From Paragordius varius (lineage: Eukaryota; Animalia; Nematomorpha): a DNA stretch of 64,000 bases. Shown here in pieces: positions 46,001 through 57,427 of this stretch. A program made the translations under genes and the position numbers. Every line of letters begins with the position of its first letter. The stretch's first letter is position 1. The notes below the pieces were generated by a model. It ran no database searches and had not been told where the DNA came from. It saw nothing but the letters and a program-made list of their open reading frames with translations. The stretch spans positions 682,001 through 746,000 of the forward strand of contig OZ176056.1 in NCBI GenBank assembly GCA_964247055.1. Direction: 5' to 3'.

Positions 46001-48172
46001 AGTTTGACAAACTCTTTCATATCCGATTTTCACAACGATACTTTAAAAATTTATGTATAATTTAGCATACGACAAAAAGCAAGTTAAACTTTGTCCTTAA
46101 AAATCGGATATTGGTTGCCATTAAAGAAAATTATTTTTTATACATTCTCTTAGTAAGACTACATCAAAATATAGAGATAGTTTGACAAACTCTTTCATAT
46201 CCGATTTTTACAACGATACTTAAAAAATTAATGTATAAAACTAGTCGCATCAATACTCTAGTTAAACTTTGTCCTTAAAAATAGGATATTGGTCACCGGT
46301 GAACAAAATTATTTTTTATACATTCTCTTAGTAAGACTACATCAAAATATAGAGATAGTTTGACAAACTCTTTAATACCTGATTTTTACAACGATACTCT
46401 AAAAATTAATGTATAAAGGTAGTCGCATCAATACTAAAGTTAATCTTTGTCCTTAAAAATCTGATATTGGTCACCGGTGAACAAAATTATTTTGTATACA
46501 TTCTCTTAGTAAGACTACATCAAAATATAGAGATAGTTTGACAAACTCTTTCATATCCGATTTTTACAACGATAAAAATTAATGTATAAAACTAGTCGCA
46601 TCAATACTCAAGTTAAACTTTGTCCTTAAAAATCGGATATTTGTCGCCGGTAAAGAAAATTATTTTTTATACATTCTCTTAGTAGGACTACATTAAAATA
46701 TGGAGATAGTTTGACAAACTCTTTCATATCCGATTTTCACAACGATACTTTAAAAATTAATGTATAATTTAGCATACGACAAAAAGCAAGTTAAACTTTG
46801 TCCTTAAAAATCGGATATTGGTTGCCATTAAAGAAAATTATTTTTTATACATTCTCTTAGTAGGACTACATAAAAATATAGAGATAGTTTGACAAACTCT
46901 TTCATATCCGATTTTTACAACGATACTTTAAATAATAATATTTAAAACTAGTCGCATCAATACTCAAATTAAACTTTGTCCTTAAAAATCGGATATTTGT
47001 CACCGGTGAACAAAATTATTTTTTATACATTCTCTTAGTAAGACTACATCAAAATATAGAGATAGTTTGACAAACTCTTCCATATCCAATTTTTAAAACG
47101 ATACTTAAAAAATTAATGTATAAAACTAGTCGCATCAATACTCAAGTTAAACTTTGTCCTTAAAAATAGGATATTGGTCACCGGTGAACAAAATTATTTT
47201 GTATACATTCTCTTAGTAAGACTACATCAAAATATAGAGATTGTTTGACAAAATCTTTCATATCCGATTTTTACAACGATAAAAATTAATGTATAAAACT
47301 AGTCGCATCAATACTCAAGTTAAACTTTGTCCTTAAAAATCGGATTATGGTCACCAATAAACAAAATTATTTTTAATACATTCTCTTAGTAACACTACAT
47401 CAAAATATAGAGATAGTTTGACAAAATCTTTAATATCTGATTTTTACAGCGATACTTTAAAAATTAATGTATAAAACTAGTCGCATCAATACTCAAGTTA
47501 AACTTTAACTTTAAAATCGGATATTGGTCACCGGTGAACAAAATTATTTTTTATACATTCTCTTAGTAGGAGTACATCAAAATATAGAGATAGTTTGACA
47601 AACTCTTTAATATCCCATTTTTAAAACGATACTTTAAAAATTAATGTATAAAAGTAGTCGCATCAATACTCAAGTTAAACTTTGTCCTTAAAAATCGGAT
47701 ATTGGTCACCGGTGAACAAAATTATTTTTTATACATTCTCTTAGTAGGAGTACATCAAAATATAGAGATAGTTTGACAAACTCTTTCATATCCGATTTTT
47801 ACAACGATAAAAATTAATGTATAAAACTAGTCGCATCAATACTCAAGTTAAACTTTCTCCTTAAAAATCGGATATTTGTCGCCGGTAAAGAAAATTATTT
47901 TTTATACATTCTCTTAGTAGGACTACATTAAAATATGGAGATAGTTTGACAAACTCTTTCATATCCGATTTTTACAGCGATACTTTAAAAACCTAATTAT
48001 GAGCTTAATACTGCCCAATAAGTGCATATTCCCAATTATATAAACAAAATTTTATTAATATTTATAAGATCGTAACATTTAGTAAAATTATATAAACCCT
48101 TAGACTAAAAAATGAGGCAATTAATTATTGAAAAAATAAGATATATACAATTGAGCAAAGGCAGTTAATATC

Positions 48173-48359
48173 CAGTATGCATTTTAATGGTTGGTTATAT
48201 TACACTATAGTTGGGGGCAATTTGCAACACAGTATGTAAAAAACAAAGGAAAAATTTTTTATTCAACATCCTGTTGTTTTTTCCATACACTACTTAACTG
48301 TGTTGCAGATTGCCCCCAACTATAGTGTGAAATAAGCAACCATTAATATGCGTACTGTA
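48173..48359. mobile_element. Fold-back element/MITE with 61-bp terminal inverted repeats
   Basis: 48173-48233 and 48299-48359 are reverse complements at 55/61 positions, with a 65-bp spacer. Ends are CAGT...ACTG(TA). Confidence 0.75.
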
Positions 48360-48439
48360 ATAAAAATGTATATGTATTCTTAATTATCTATTATTTTTTT
48401 AAACATGTTCAAATACTTAAAATTTAGATAGAATAAAGC

Positions 48440-50240
48440 CTACACGCTTTTACTTGTTTCTCCTGGCCCTGCCTAAAAAAGAATGATAAATTTTTTTGTA
48501 AAGCCTTGATTTATATTGTACAGTAAAAATCCGAATTCTAAGACAAAACCTGAAAACATAAAGACAATTTTTTTTTAAAAAGCATTATATGTTTTGAAAT
48601 CTTAATTTTTAATGTAAACTATCAATTTACAATTGTAGAATATATAAATTGTGTTCAATATACATCTCTATTTCATACTTTGCATTTTAAAACGAGTTAA
48701 AATTGAAATAATCAAGTCTTAAAAACTATAGCCGTGTTAAAATGATATTTGTATTTGTATTTATATTTTGACGTTTAGTCTGTATAATTTAAATTTACTG
48801 TAAATATTATTACACAGAAGAATAAATTTCATAATTACGAGACCTGATAATAATATTTATCCATCAACTGAGTTTCATTTGAATCTGAAAAAAACAGATG
48901 ATAAATTATTTTATTATTTAGACTGACCCCGGTTACAAATTCTTGCTTAAAATTATTAAAAATAACCAGTCAATACTTAAACAATTTTAACCATATGATA
49001 TCGTTTGAAACAAAATATGAATTTGACATATGGTAAGCTTAATTTGACCAAATAAGTATTTTTAATAATATATATGGTCATAGAAAAGTTAGATTTTCAC
49101 TATTATAACCATTTAACTCTTAATATTATTAAAGCGGGAATTGCATTTATAAGCAATAAGATCGTTATTTTTTAATCGGTCAAACCATTACTTCTCTAAT
49201 ATTCTAATTAATCATTGTACCACTTAAAATAAGTTAGTATCATATTAAATATTTAATTTTAACCCTTAAAACAAAAACATGAAATAGCTGTGGGGGCTTT
49301 TTGAATCAAAAAATCGGCGGGCCGCGTTTGAAATATATATATATAAGCTAATAGAATTTACAGTTAAAATTCACCCTTGGATAATATAAATTGACCCTCG
49401 AAGCATTCAAATTCACCCTAAAATAAATTATGTGTTTTTTGATTAAAAATTACCTTTTTATAATATTTTTAAAATATCAAATTCCGTTTAAAATTAATAT
49501 AATGATAAAAAATAATCTATGTTTTAAAATATATTTCATATCAATGATGAATTATATTATTCCGAAAACACATAATTTATATTTAGAATGAGGGTTTTAA
49601 ATTGCAAGAGTAAATTGGAATAGTAAATGGTATATTTTATTATTCAAACATAAAAAAATAAAAATTCAAACAATATACATCAATTTCTAGTTTATTGCCT
49701 ATCGGATAAAATAATACAGAAAATAATTTTAGAAATATTAATTTTATATTCATAGGCACATTTTTTAAAAATATATTTCCAAATTTTCCCCGTGCCGCAC
49801 CAATTATCACGGAAGTTTTGGACACCCCTACTTTAAACCAAATGAAAATATTGTATATACCATTTACCATTCAAATTCACCCCTGAACAATTAGAATCAC
49901 CCTAAAAATAATTTAGGTGTTTTCGGGCTAATATAACTCCTTATTAATATGAAATATATCTTATTAGCTTAGTTTATTACTTTTCTTTAAAATATATATA
50001 ACATAAGTATTACAAAAAATTTAATTTATTTAAGGGTGAATTTGAATTGTAAATGGTATATATAAAGATTATATTTGATTCCAAAATATATTACTTCTTG
50101 CAAATTCAGTAACCGACACGTTGGGTATTTTAGTGAGATTCTGCGAAATCAAAAATTTGAATTAGATAAATAATGATTGCCTAATAAATATCTAACAAAA
50201 AAGTGATTATATTTTATAACTTGTATATTTTCTGAAATTC
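48440..50240 (-). CDS. Tentative downstream exons of the 52106 gene: 50240-50221, 50140-50095, 48884-48844, 48472-48440
   Basis: Phase-compatible chain giving RISENIQ-NLTKIPNVSVTEFAR-NSNETQLMDKYYYQ-AGPGETSKSV*. Acceptors at 50140 (TTTCGCAG), 48884 (TTTTTTTCAG) and 48472 (TTTTTTAG) are good; donors GTTATA and GTCTCG are weak. The MITEs all fall between these exons. Confidence 0.35.
48521..48800. mobile_element. Tc1/mariner-type MITE, family A (CAGTAAAAAT ends)
   Basis: TA|cagtaaaaatccgaattctaagacaaaac ... gtttagtctgtataatttaaatttactg|TA. Same terminal motifs as the copies at 51610, 55313 and 63144. Confidence 0.65.
49290..49830 (+). mobile_element. hAT-type MITE (family B), interrupted by a nested fold-back MITE; left end degenerate
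   Basis: Right end ttttggacacccct is the reverse complement of the caggggtgtccaaa terminus at 61640. Internal matches to the 61640 copy: cggcgggccgcgtttgaaatatata vs cgcgagccgcatttaaaatatata, and caatttctagttttattgcctatcgg vs caatttccagtttttgccaatcgg. Confidence 0.6.
49355..49630. mobile_element. Fold-back MITE family C, copy 1 (degenerate left end)
   Basis: atttacagttaaaattcaccct ... gtaaatgg|tata ends, with internal attcaaattcaccct repeats. Confidence 0.65.
49860..50056. mobile_element. Fold-back MITE family C, copy 2
   Basis: tata|ccatttaccattcaaattcacccc ... agggtgaatttgaattgtaaatgg|tata terminal inverted repeats. Confidence 0.8.
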
Positions 50241-50667
50241 CTAATAATAAATATAAAAATTTATATATAAATTATAATATCGATTGAAAAGCATTGTATT
50301 TGTAATGGAAACCACGGTAATAAACAGTATCTCATTTTCCTATTGTTATCTAAAAATATCTTATGTATCAGTAAGAGAATTATTTTGGCTTCTACGCTGT
50401 CCGGTTATACATTCTTTCCATAAAAATGGTTATTTTTAAATATATGGAATCAAGATTTGACAATGACTTTGAAAACCAGCTGTATCAAAGACACTAAAAC
50501 TAAAACCCAAATGGCATTTAAAATGAAACCATAAGAGTTTTTTTCAAAAATTATGTGGAAAAGTCAAAACAAAAAATTGTTTATTTGGAACCAATTTTAA
50601 AAAATAATTCTAGTTTCAACCATTGCAATGCATTTTTATAGTTTTTTTCGAAAGCATATATCTATAC

Positions 50668-52106
50668 TTTGTTCAATGTCCGTTCTGGATTGATTAGTAT
50701 TAGGTGAATAATTGTCATCTTTGATCTCAATAACTAAACCCATTGTCACAAATATTAAATAATTTTATAATTATATATACCATTTACAATTCAAATTCAC
50801 CCTTAAACAATTTAAATTCACCCTTTAACAATTCAAGTTCACCCTCGAACAATTCAAATTCACCCTCAATTAAAATAAATGTTATTTAAGATTAAAAATT
50901 ACCTATATTTTTATATAATATCAAAAAATAAAAATTTTGTTTTGCATTAAAATGATACTAGAAAAATTAATAACTATGCCACAAAGATTATTTCATATTA
51001 ATAATGAGTTATATTAGTTCAAAAACACACAATTTATTTTTAGGGTGAATTTGAATTGTTCAAGGGTGAATTTGAATTGTTCGAGGGTGAATTTGAATTG
51101 TTTAAGGGTGGATTTAAACTGTAAATGGTATATATTATATATATAAATATTTATTAACTTTTGTAAAAACATTTATAAATATTATATATTAAAATAATTG
51201 TTTATCATTAGTTAAATTAGGTAAAAAAATAATTGTATATCTTTACCGAATACAATTTGTTCACGATATGCTATATGATAAAATAATAAATTAAACTTTG
51301 TTAGCAGGGGTCAATATATAAAAACCGATCTATTGGCTTTGTAATGCAGGTAATTATAAACTTTCATCATTAGTTAATATATATATAATTAGCTCCTCAA
51401 AATTATTCTTAAACACTTTAAATTGATCATCAAGCATTTTAAAATAACTCTAAAAATATTGTGTGTTTTTCTAAATAGCAAAAATAACTTTATTTTTGTA
51501 TTTATAAAATAAAATTTTTTTTAAACATGTTACAGAAATACACCATTTCATAAATATATTTCAATTAATATATATTAATTAGCCCACTCATAATTTTTTA
51601 GTAGTATTAATTAGAATTGAAATCTTACGGATAAAAAGTAAAAATATAAAGTCAAATATTTTTTTATGATACTTTAAAAAATTGATTTATTTAAATGAAA
51701 CTCATTTTTATAAACTGCAAAGTATGAAATATAGGTGAATTAACTCGATCAAATATCAATTGTAATAAAATATAAAATAAATTTTAAAGAAAAAATTAAG
51801 GTTATAAAAGTATGGTTGTTGAAAAAATATTTTTCTTTATATTTTTACGTTTTGTCCGTATAACTTCAATATTTACTGTCCTTATTCTATTAACTAATCA
51901 GTAGACCATATCACTCGAAATATAAGTTTTACAGTGAAAATCTAAAATTATTTTTAAAATTAAAAATTGACATATTTTGCCATTTAAAGTAGCAATCAAG
52001 GAGGTTTTCCTAAAACCACAAATTGGCTCAAATTACCTGTCGTTTGAGTTAGTAGAATACATGCTATAAAACTATAAATTAATGTTCGCATAATAGAATT
52101 CATCAT
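50668..52106 (-). CDS. Small putatively secreted protein, exons 52106-52037 (signal peptide), 51270-51247 (24 nt), 50733-50668 (66 nt); 3' end uncertain
   Basis: Spliced product MMNSIMRTLIYSFIACILLTQTTA-YREQIVF-VIEIKDDNYSPNTNQSRTDIEQ. All junctions are phase 1. Donors GTAATT, GTAAAG, GTATAG; acceptors TATAG, TTTAG. TATAAAA lies ~60 nt upstream of the ATG. No homolog recognised. Confidence 0.65.
50780..51128. mobile_element. Fold-back MITE family C, copy 3 (best preserved)
   Basis: Terminal inverted repeats ccatttacaattcaaattcaccct / agggtggatttaaactgtaaatgg. Each arm carries about 4 tandem ~21-bp units (aacaattcaaattcaccct). Flanked by TATA on both sides. Confidence 0.85.
51610..51878. mobile_element. 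Tc1/mariner-type MITE family A, degenerate copy
   Basis: Right end agtatggttgtt...tacgttttgtccgtataacttcaatatttactg matches the 63365 copy. Left end cttacggataaaaagtaaaaatataaagtcaaatatt matches the 55313 copy. Confidence 0.55.
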
Positions 52107-52163
52107 CGGAATATTTAAACAATACTTTTTAAAAAAATATTTGGATATTCATGTTAAAAAACA

Positions 52164-52170
52164 TTTTATA
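52164..52170 (-). promoter_or_regulatory. Candidate TATA box of the 52106 gene
   Basis: TATAAAA on the minus strand 58-64 nt upstream of the ATG. The motif is common in AT-rich DNA. Confidence 0.3.
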
Positions 52171-54217
52171 AGGTCAGTTATCTATAGTACAAGGTACGCT
52201 CCAACTACAATGTAATGCATAAACAAGTTAACAAACATTCTTTCTTAAAAGTTATAACAGCCTAAGCAAAACAAAGTTAAATTGCTTTTTTGACTAAAAA
52301 AATATTTTCCAATATTATAACTATGATTATATAGTTTTACTAACTTTATAACATATTTTCCCCATTTTAAATAAACCTTATTTGTTATAGTATTATTTTT
52401 AATTTTTAAAAGCAGGCTAGCTATGGGTTTAACGAGTAAGCGCTTGACAAATTACAAGCAAGTTGAGGTTGTCACGAATGAATTTATAAACTACATTTTA
52501 TTATATGATGTATCTCTGCGACTATAATATATCAGAAATAGCTAAAACATCTTTTTGATTTATATTTAACAAGAGTAATAAAAACTAGCGGACACAATTT
52601 GTATTCTTGTAACGTTTACAAAGTTAATTATTTGGAATGCTTACTACTGACATATACTACAATTTAAATACAATATATTTTTTATATAATTAAAGGGCTA
52701 CGCTTATAGATTATCCATAAAAATGCTGATTGTCAAAGTTAAAATAACATAGTAGAAATTCGAATTAAAAAAATTGTTCAAAACTTGTAAACGAGTACTA
52801 TTGTGTTTGATGTATATATATACTGCCATAAAAATTTACCTGCTGAAAACTATATACTGATAGAAAAATATCGGGATTAACATGGTTTTTTGATTTTGGC
52901 TCTTACAAGTAATATAGTAAAGTTATATATACTTTAGTGGTAAGTGCTTCCCATATAAGAAAATGGCAAATTTGAGCACACTTTTAGAATAAAATTTCTT
53001 TGGTGAAAGATAAATGCTTCCACAAAATATCACTAAATTATATCTTAAACTACTAAAAAGCACAATATTTTTAAAATATTTTATTTTTTTGGGGGTCCGA
53101 AAGTCCCAAATTTTTTCTCTTTTTTAAAATAAACGCTAAATGCCTGGATTGTGCGAGTGAAATTTTTTCAAAAAAATATTTTTTAAAAAATGCATACTTT
53201 TTGCAAAAATTTATTTTAAGAAATATTAGTTGAAGCGTATTTCATCTTATTTTTAGTACGAAACGGTATAAAAACGCTTTCACCAAAATTTTGCCATAAT
53301 CTTAGTTTTAAAAAACATTTTTCTTAAAACAAATTTTTTTAATGTCATAGGTGTTCGATATTTTTGTCGCGCAATTTTGCCATTTGGATTTATTTTAAAG
53401 GAACCATTCATTTAAGGAGTCCTCCGTTGTTCTAAATCTAATGGTAAGACCCAAAACAAAAGCAACATATAATTCCTATCATTTTTTATCAGAAATATAT
53501 TGGGTTTTCATAACATCTTCCCCGATTTGGTGCACATTTAAATTATTATTTACGATCATACAATAAAAATTATTTACAGATAAAACAAAAATTAAATAAC
53601 AATCTAAAAAGACAACCGACTCTTTTAAACCTAGATTATTCCTAAATAAACTAAGATAAATATTTTTAAGTATATAATATGATAGTGTCAGCACTTAAAA
53701 ACGGTGATTCTATAACATATGGTTAAGAAATATGGTAATCTTCTATAAAACTTATATTAGTTTTAACGTTTTGTCTACTGTATAATTTTAATTTTAAAAA
53801 TTTATTTATTTTTGAAATAAATCTTACCAAAAACATTTAATTTGGTAAAAAAATTGAAGGTAGTATACAGAATCGCTGCGTCTGTATTAAATGATCTTTA
53901 TAATCTAAATTATATTATAAAAAAAACCACACAATATCTGAATATTATATACGATTAAAATTATTTATTTTTTATTTTGTAAGGTGTTATAACCCCATTT
54001 TTATGGGTTTATATATATATTATTTAATAAAACATTAAAATATATATTGGATATCAAAATAAATGAAATGGCTGTAATTCTTTTGTAGTCTGTTTCGAGA
54101 CGTCGAGAATAAGATATGTGACAAAAATAAGAGTGAGAAAGGCAAATTGGGAGTATATGAAAAGCAAAATACGGTACTGTTAGTTTTTGTTGTATCGATA
54201 AAAAACTAGTCTTTTAT

Positions 54218-54884
54218 ATCCACTCATCACCTAAGCCCGCAATTCAGTAACAAGATAGATGGTGTTTTGGTTGTTAACGAGTTGAGAATGGATTGAAAAC
54301 AGATTTTGCCGGACGGTTTATTGTAAGATTTGGCTAACTTGAGTTTACTGTAAAGGACTAAACAGATTAAAGTATTATTGCGTACATCCACTCATCACCG
54401 AAGCACCGATTCAGTAACAAGATAGATGGTGTTTTAGTTGTTAACAAGTTGAGAATTGATTGAAAACAGATTTCGCCTTACGGTTTATTGTAAGACTTGG
54501 CTAACTTGAGTTTACTGTAAAGGACTAAACAGATTAAAGTATTGCGTACATCCACTCATCACCGAAGCCCCAATTCAGTAACAAGATAGATGGTGTTTTA
54601 GTTGTTAACAAGTTGAGAATTGATTGAAAACAGATTTTGCCGGACGGTTTATTGTAAAGACTTGGCTAACTTGAGTTTACTATAAAGGACTAAACAGATT
54701 AAAGTATTATTGTGTACATCCACTCAAGCCCCAATTCAGTAACAAGATAGACGGTGTTTTGGCTGTTAACGAGTTGAAAATTGATTGAAAACGATTTTGC
54801 CGGACGGTTTATTGTAAAGACTTGGCTAAATTGAGTTTACTGTAAAAGACTAAACAGATTAAAGTATTATTGTGTACATCCACT
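54218..54884. repeat. Four-copy tandem repeat, unit 160-168 bp
   Basis: Units begin atccactca at 54218, 54386, 54550, 54718 and end at 54884. Stops in the frames read, so no ORF found. Unrelated to the 178-bp satellite. Confidence 0.95.
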
Positions 54885-55034
54885 AATGTCACATATCATT
54901 TCTGTACACGGGTGTTCAACTTGGAGTCTAGGATTTAGTTCTAAAAAGCAAAAACTCCCTTTCGCCGTATCATACAAGTATTCAACAGTTCCTGCACTAA
55001 CGTAGCCTACCATACGAGCTAATCTTACAGCGGC
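54885..55034 (-). CDS. ACC: ACC exon 7 ([50 protein letters not shown]); similarity ends at the tandem repeat
   Basis: TGTAG acceptor and 50 open codons. The expected NLPAAQLQ continuation is replaced by tandem-repeat sequence. Confidence 0.92.
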
Positions 55035-56357
55035 CTACATACATATATAAAAGAGTTTTTTTCTATTTGCATCTCATTAAATTAGTTGATTAAATTGTGG
55101 ACAAAATTTCATTTATCTTATATGCTACTGTGTTACAATAATGTGAATTGGCTATTATAAATTAATTTACCAATTTCTATGAACCCACAGCTGCTAATAC
55201 AAATTAATTTAATTAAAATTTAAATCCTATTAGGCCGAATAATGAAAGTTTCATTATTTTGACAAATTTAAAAATTCTCTGAATTTCAAGTTGCCATAAA
55301 AATAAATACATACAGTAATAATAGAAAATATACGGACGAAACGTAAAAATATAAGGACAAATATTTTTTTTAAAAAACATCACATTTTAAATGTTTATTT
55401 TTAAAACTGATAGAATTGGTAACACAATCAATGTATTTTACGATTGTAATTAAATGATTTTTATAAGATGTGATAAATTAAGGTTTAAACAAGTAGGTTT
55501 GCCTATTGAAAAAAATATTTGTCTTTATATTATTAAGTTTTCATATATTTTCAATTTTTACTGTAGACTAACGTGACTTTAACCTATAATATCAGCATAA
55601 TTAAAACATATTAATACATTTTTAAAACATTTAAAGGTGCAGAAACACATTATACTTAAAGAGCTTAAAACACTTAACTTTTTTGACCGTTTCAAAAAAT
55701 ATTTCTATATTGACCCAATATACATATAAGTTATTTTACAACTTCAAACACTTTTATACTCCCCTAACTCTCAAAAAAATAGATTTCAAATATTCAAATT
55801 TTTTAAAAAAACATTTTTTCAATTTTCAAAAAAAACTTACACCTTTCAAAACTTTTCAAAACACTCAAATACTTTCAAAACCGTCCAAAAATCAAAATTT
55901 TAAAAATTACAAAAATCAACCTTTTCCATTTCTTCAATCACGTGGGCGGTTGCTATGGTAACCGGTGCTTCTTCAATAATCTTTTGATGACGTCTTTGAA
56001 TGGAACAATCTCGACCAAAGAGAGAAATAGCTGTTCCATAACTATCAGCCAGCAATTGAACTTCCAAATGCCGACAATGGCTAGCCAGGGCCATCAAGAA
56101 AATGGGTGATCCTGGGACTTCAGTTTGCACCTTTTAGTAAATAGCATTTATTATTGATAAAATAAATTTTGGTTCAAATAAATTTTAGATTTCGTTTATC
56201 ACAATGGTTTTTGCAATATGTGTATACTGTGGTATTAATAATTTTCTTCCATGAGTAAATGTGAAAAATTATAGCACTTGAACCAAAATCTATTTTTATG
56301 CAAAATCGTAAAAATAAAATTGTGTTGAGAAAAAATCTACATATTTGCTAATAAATA

Positions 56358-56389
<32 letters not shown>

Positions 56390-56579
56390 CCATTTACAAT
56401 TTAAATTCCTCCTTAAACAATTCAATCACCCTAGAACAATTCAAATTCACGTAAAATATGTTTTTTAAAAATTAAACTATGCCATAAACATATTTTCATA
56501 TTAATAATCTATATTAGTTGGAAAACACATAATTTATTTCTAGAGTAAAATTAATTGCTCAATAAATTTGAACTGTAAA

Positions 56580-56620
<41 letters not shown>

Positions 56621-57387
56621 TTATAAATCTTTTTTAAATAACATTACTGCTTAAAACTTAAATTATATAGATATAAACAAGTGGATACTTAATTGATATT
56701 GGATAATAAGGAATAGAGATGTAAATTAATAACACATAGTAACATAATTCGTAAGAGCATTTATGAATTACTAAATAAATGAATCAATTTCCCTATTTTA
56801 AGTCAATAATATTGAACCAAAATTTTAGATAATAAATTTCTAAAGTAATAATAAAAATATAATTTATCATTCACTGTTTTTTATGACCTATTTTACGGAC
56901 ATGGACATAACTCTTTGAAACAAATAATGTAAATTTAATAAATTTTCCAATTTAAAATTTTTTTTTTAAAAAAAATAAAAATTAATACCTGTTTGAAAGC
57001 TATTGGAAAATCTTCAGGTTTTAATACTTTACGTATTCCTTTACCTCCACCACCTTCAGAAGCCTTTATCATAATGGGGTATCCAATTTTTTTGCTCATC
57101 TAAAAATTTTTTGATTAAAATATATATAAATTTATAAAAATTTTATTTAGATAAATATATTTATATAAAAATTTTATATACCATGAATAAAAAATAAAAG
57201 AATATAATACTTTTTAATATATTGTTTTGAGTTAGGATACAAGCGAAAAATGATAGATATTTGGTATTTAGTTAATTTTAAATTTTTCTTAATTACAAAG
57301 GTTTTAAAGCTAAAATCAAAGATAAGAAAAGAGTTTTATACAGGAAAAATATTATTCTTCATTTGTTTTTAAACATAATTCATAACT

Positions 57388-57427
<40 letters not shown>

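Larger units (their letters stand above)
1..47991. repeat. Satellite DNA array, 178-bp monomer, about 270 head-to-tail copies; continues off the left edge of the window
   Basis: Monomer starts at 11, 189, 367, 545 (period 178). Consensus tatacattctcttagtaggactacatcaaaatatagagatagtttgacaaactctttcatatccgatttttacagcgatactttaaaaattaatgtataaaactagtcgcatcaatactcaagttaaactttgtccttaaaaatcggatattggtcaccggtgaacaaaattattttt. Ends abruptly mid-monomer at ...gatactttaaaaa (47991). Confidence 0.99.

Noticed and set aside
1-47991. CRISPR array or coding repeat
   Set aside because: No unique spacers, since whole 178-bp monomers repeat; no ORFs in the track; eukaryotic context.
49640-49870. ORF track 76 aa, minus strand
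   Set aside because: Lies within MITE sequence; F/I/K/N-rich translation typical of AT-rich non-coding DNA.
51305-51349. Plus-strand 45-nt exon-like segment (QGSIYKNRSIGFVMQ, CAG|GTAATT)
   Set aside because: Isolated; I could not link it to any other plus-strand exon.
51942-51950. 9-nt micro-exon candidate (TTTTAG|ATTTTCACT|GTAAAA) in the 52106 gene; coordinates approximate
   Set aside because: Coincides with a family-A MITE end fragment (tacagtgaaaat).
52833-52846. aatttacctgctg (N-L-P-A), resembling the missing ACC continuation
   Set aside because: Wrong strand, and diverges after four codons.
52400-52960. Scattered strong splice signals (ga|gtaagc near 52436, tttag-tg-gtaagt near 52940, TTTTCAG-CAG-GTAAAT near 52840)
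   Set aside because: No consistent reading frame could be assembled.
53479-53694. ORF track 71 aa, minus strand
   Set aside because: TTG start, low-complexity composition, no recognisable motif or splice support.
55683-55961. ORF track 92 aa, plus strand
   Set aside because: Open only because the G-depleted tract has few stops; antisense to ACC intron 6 and exon 6.
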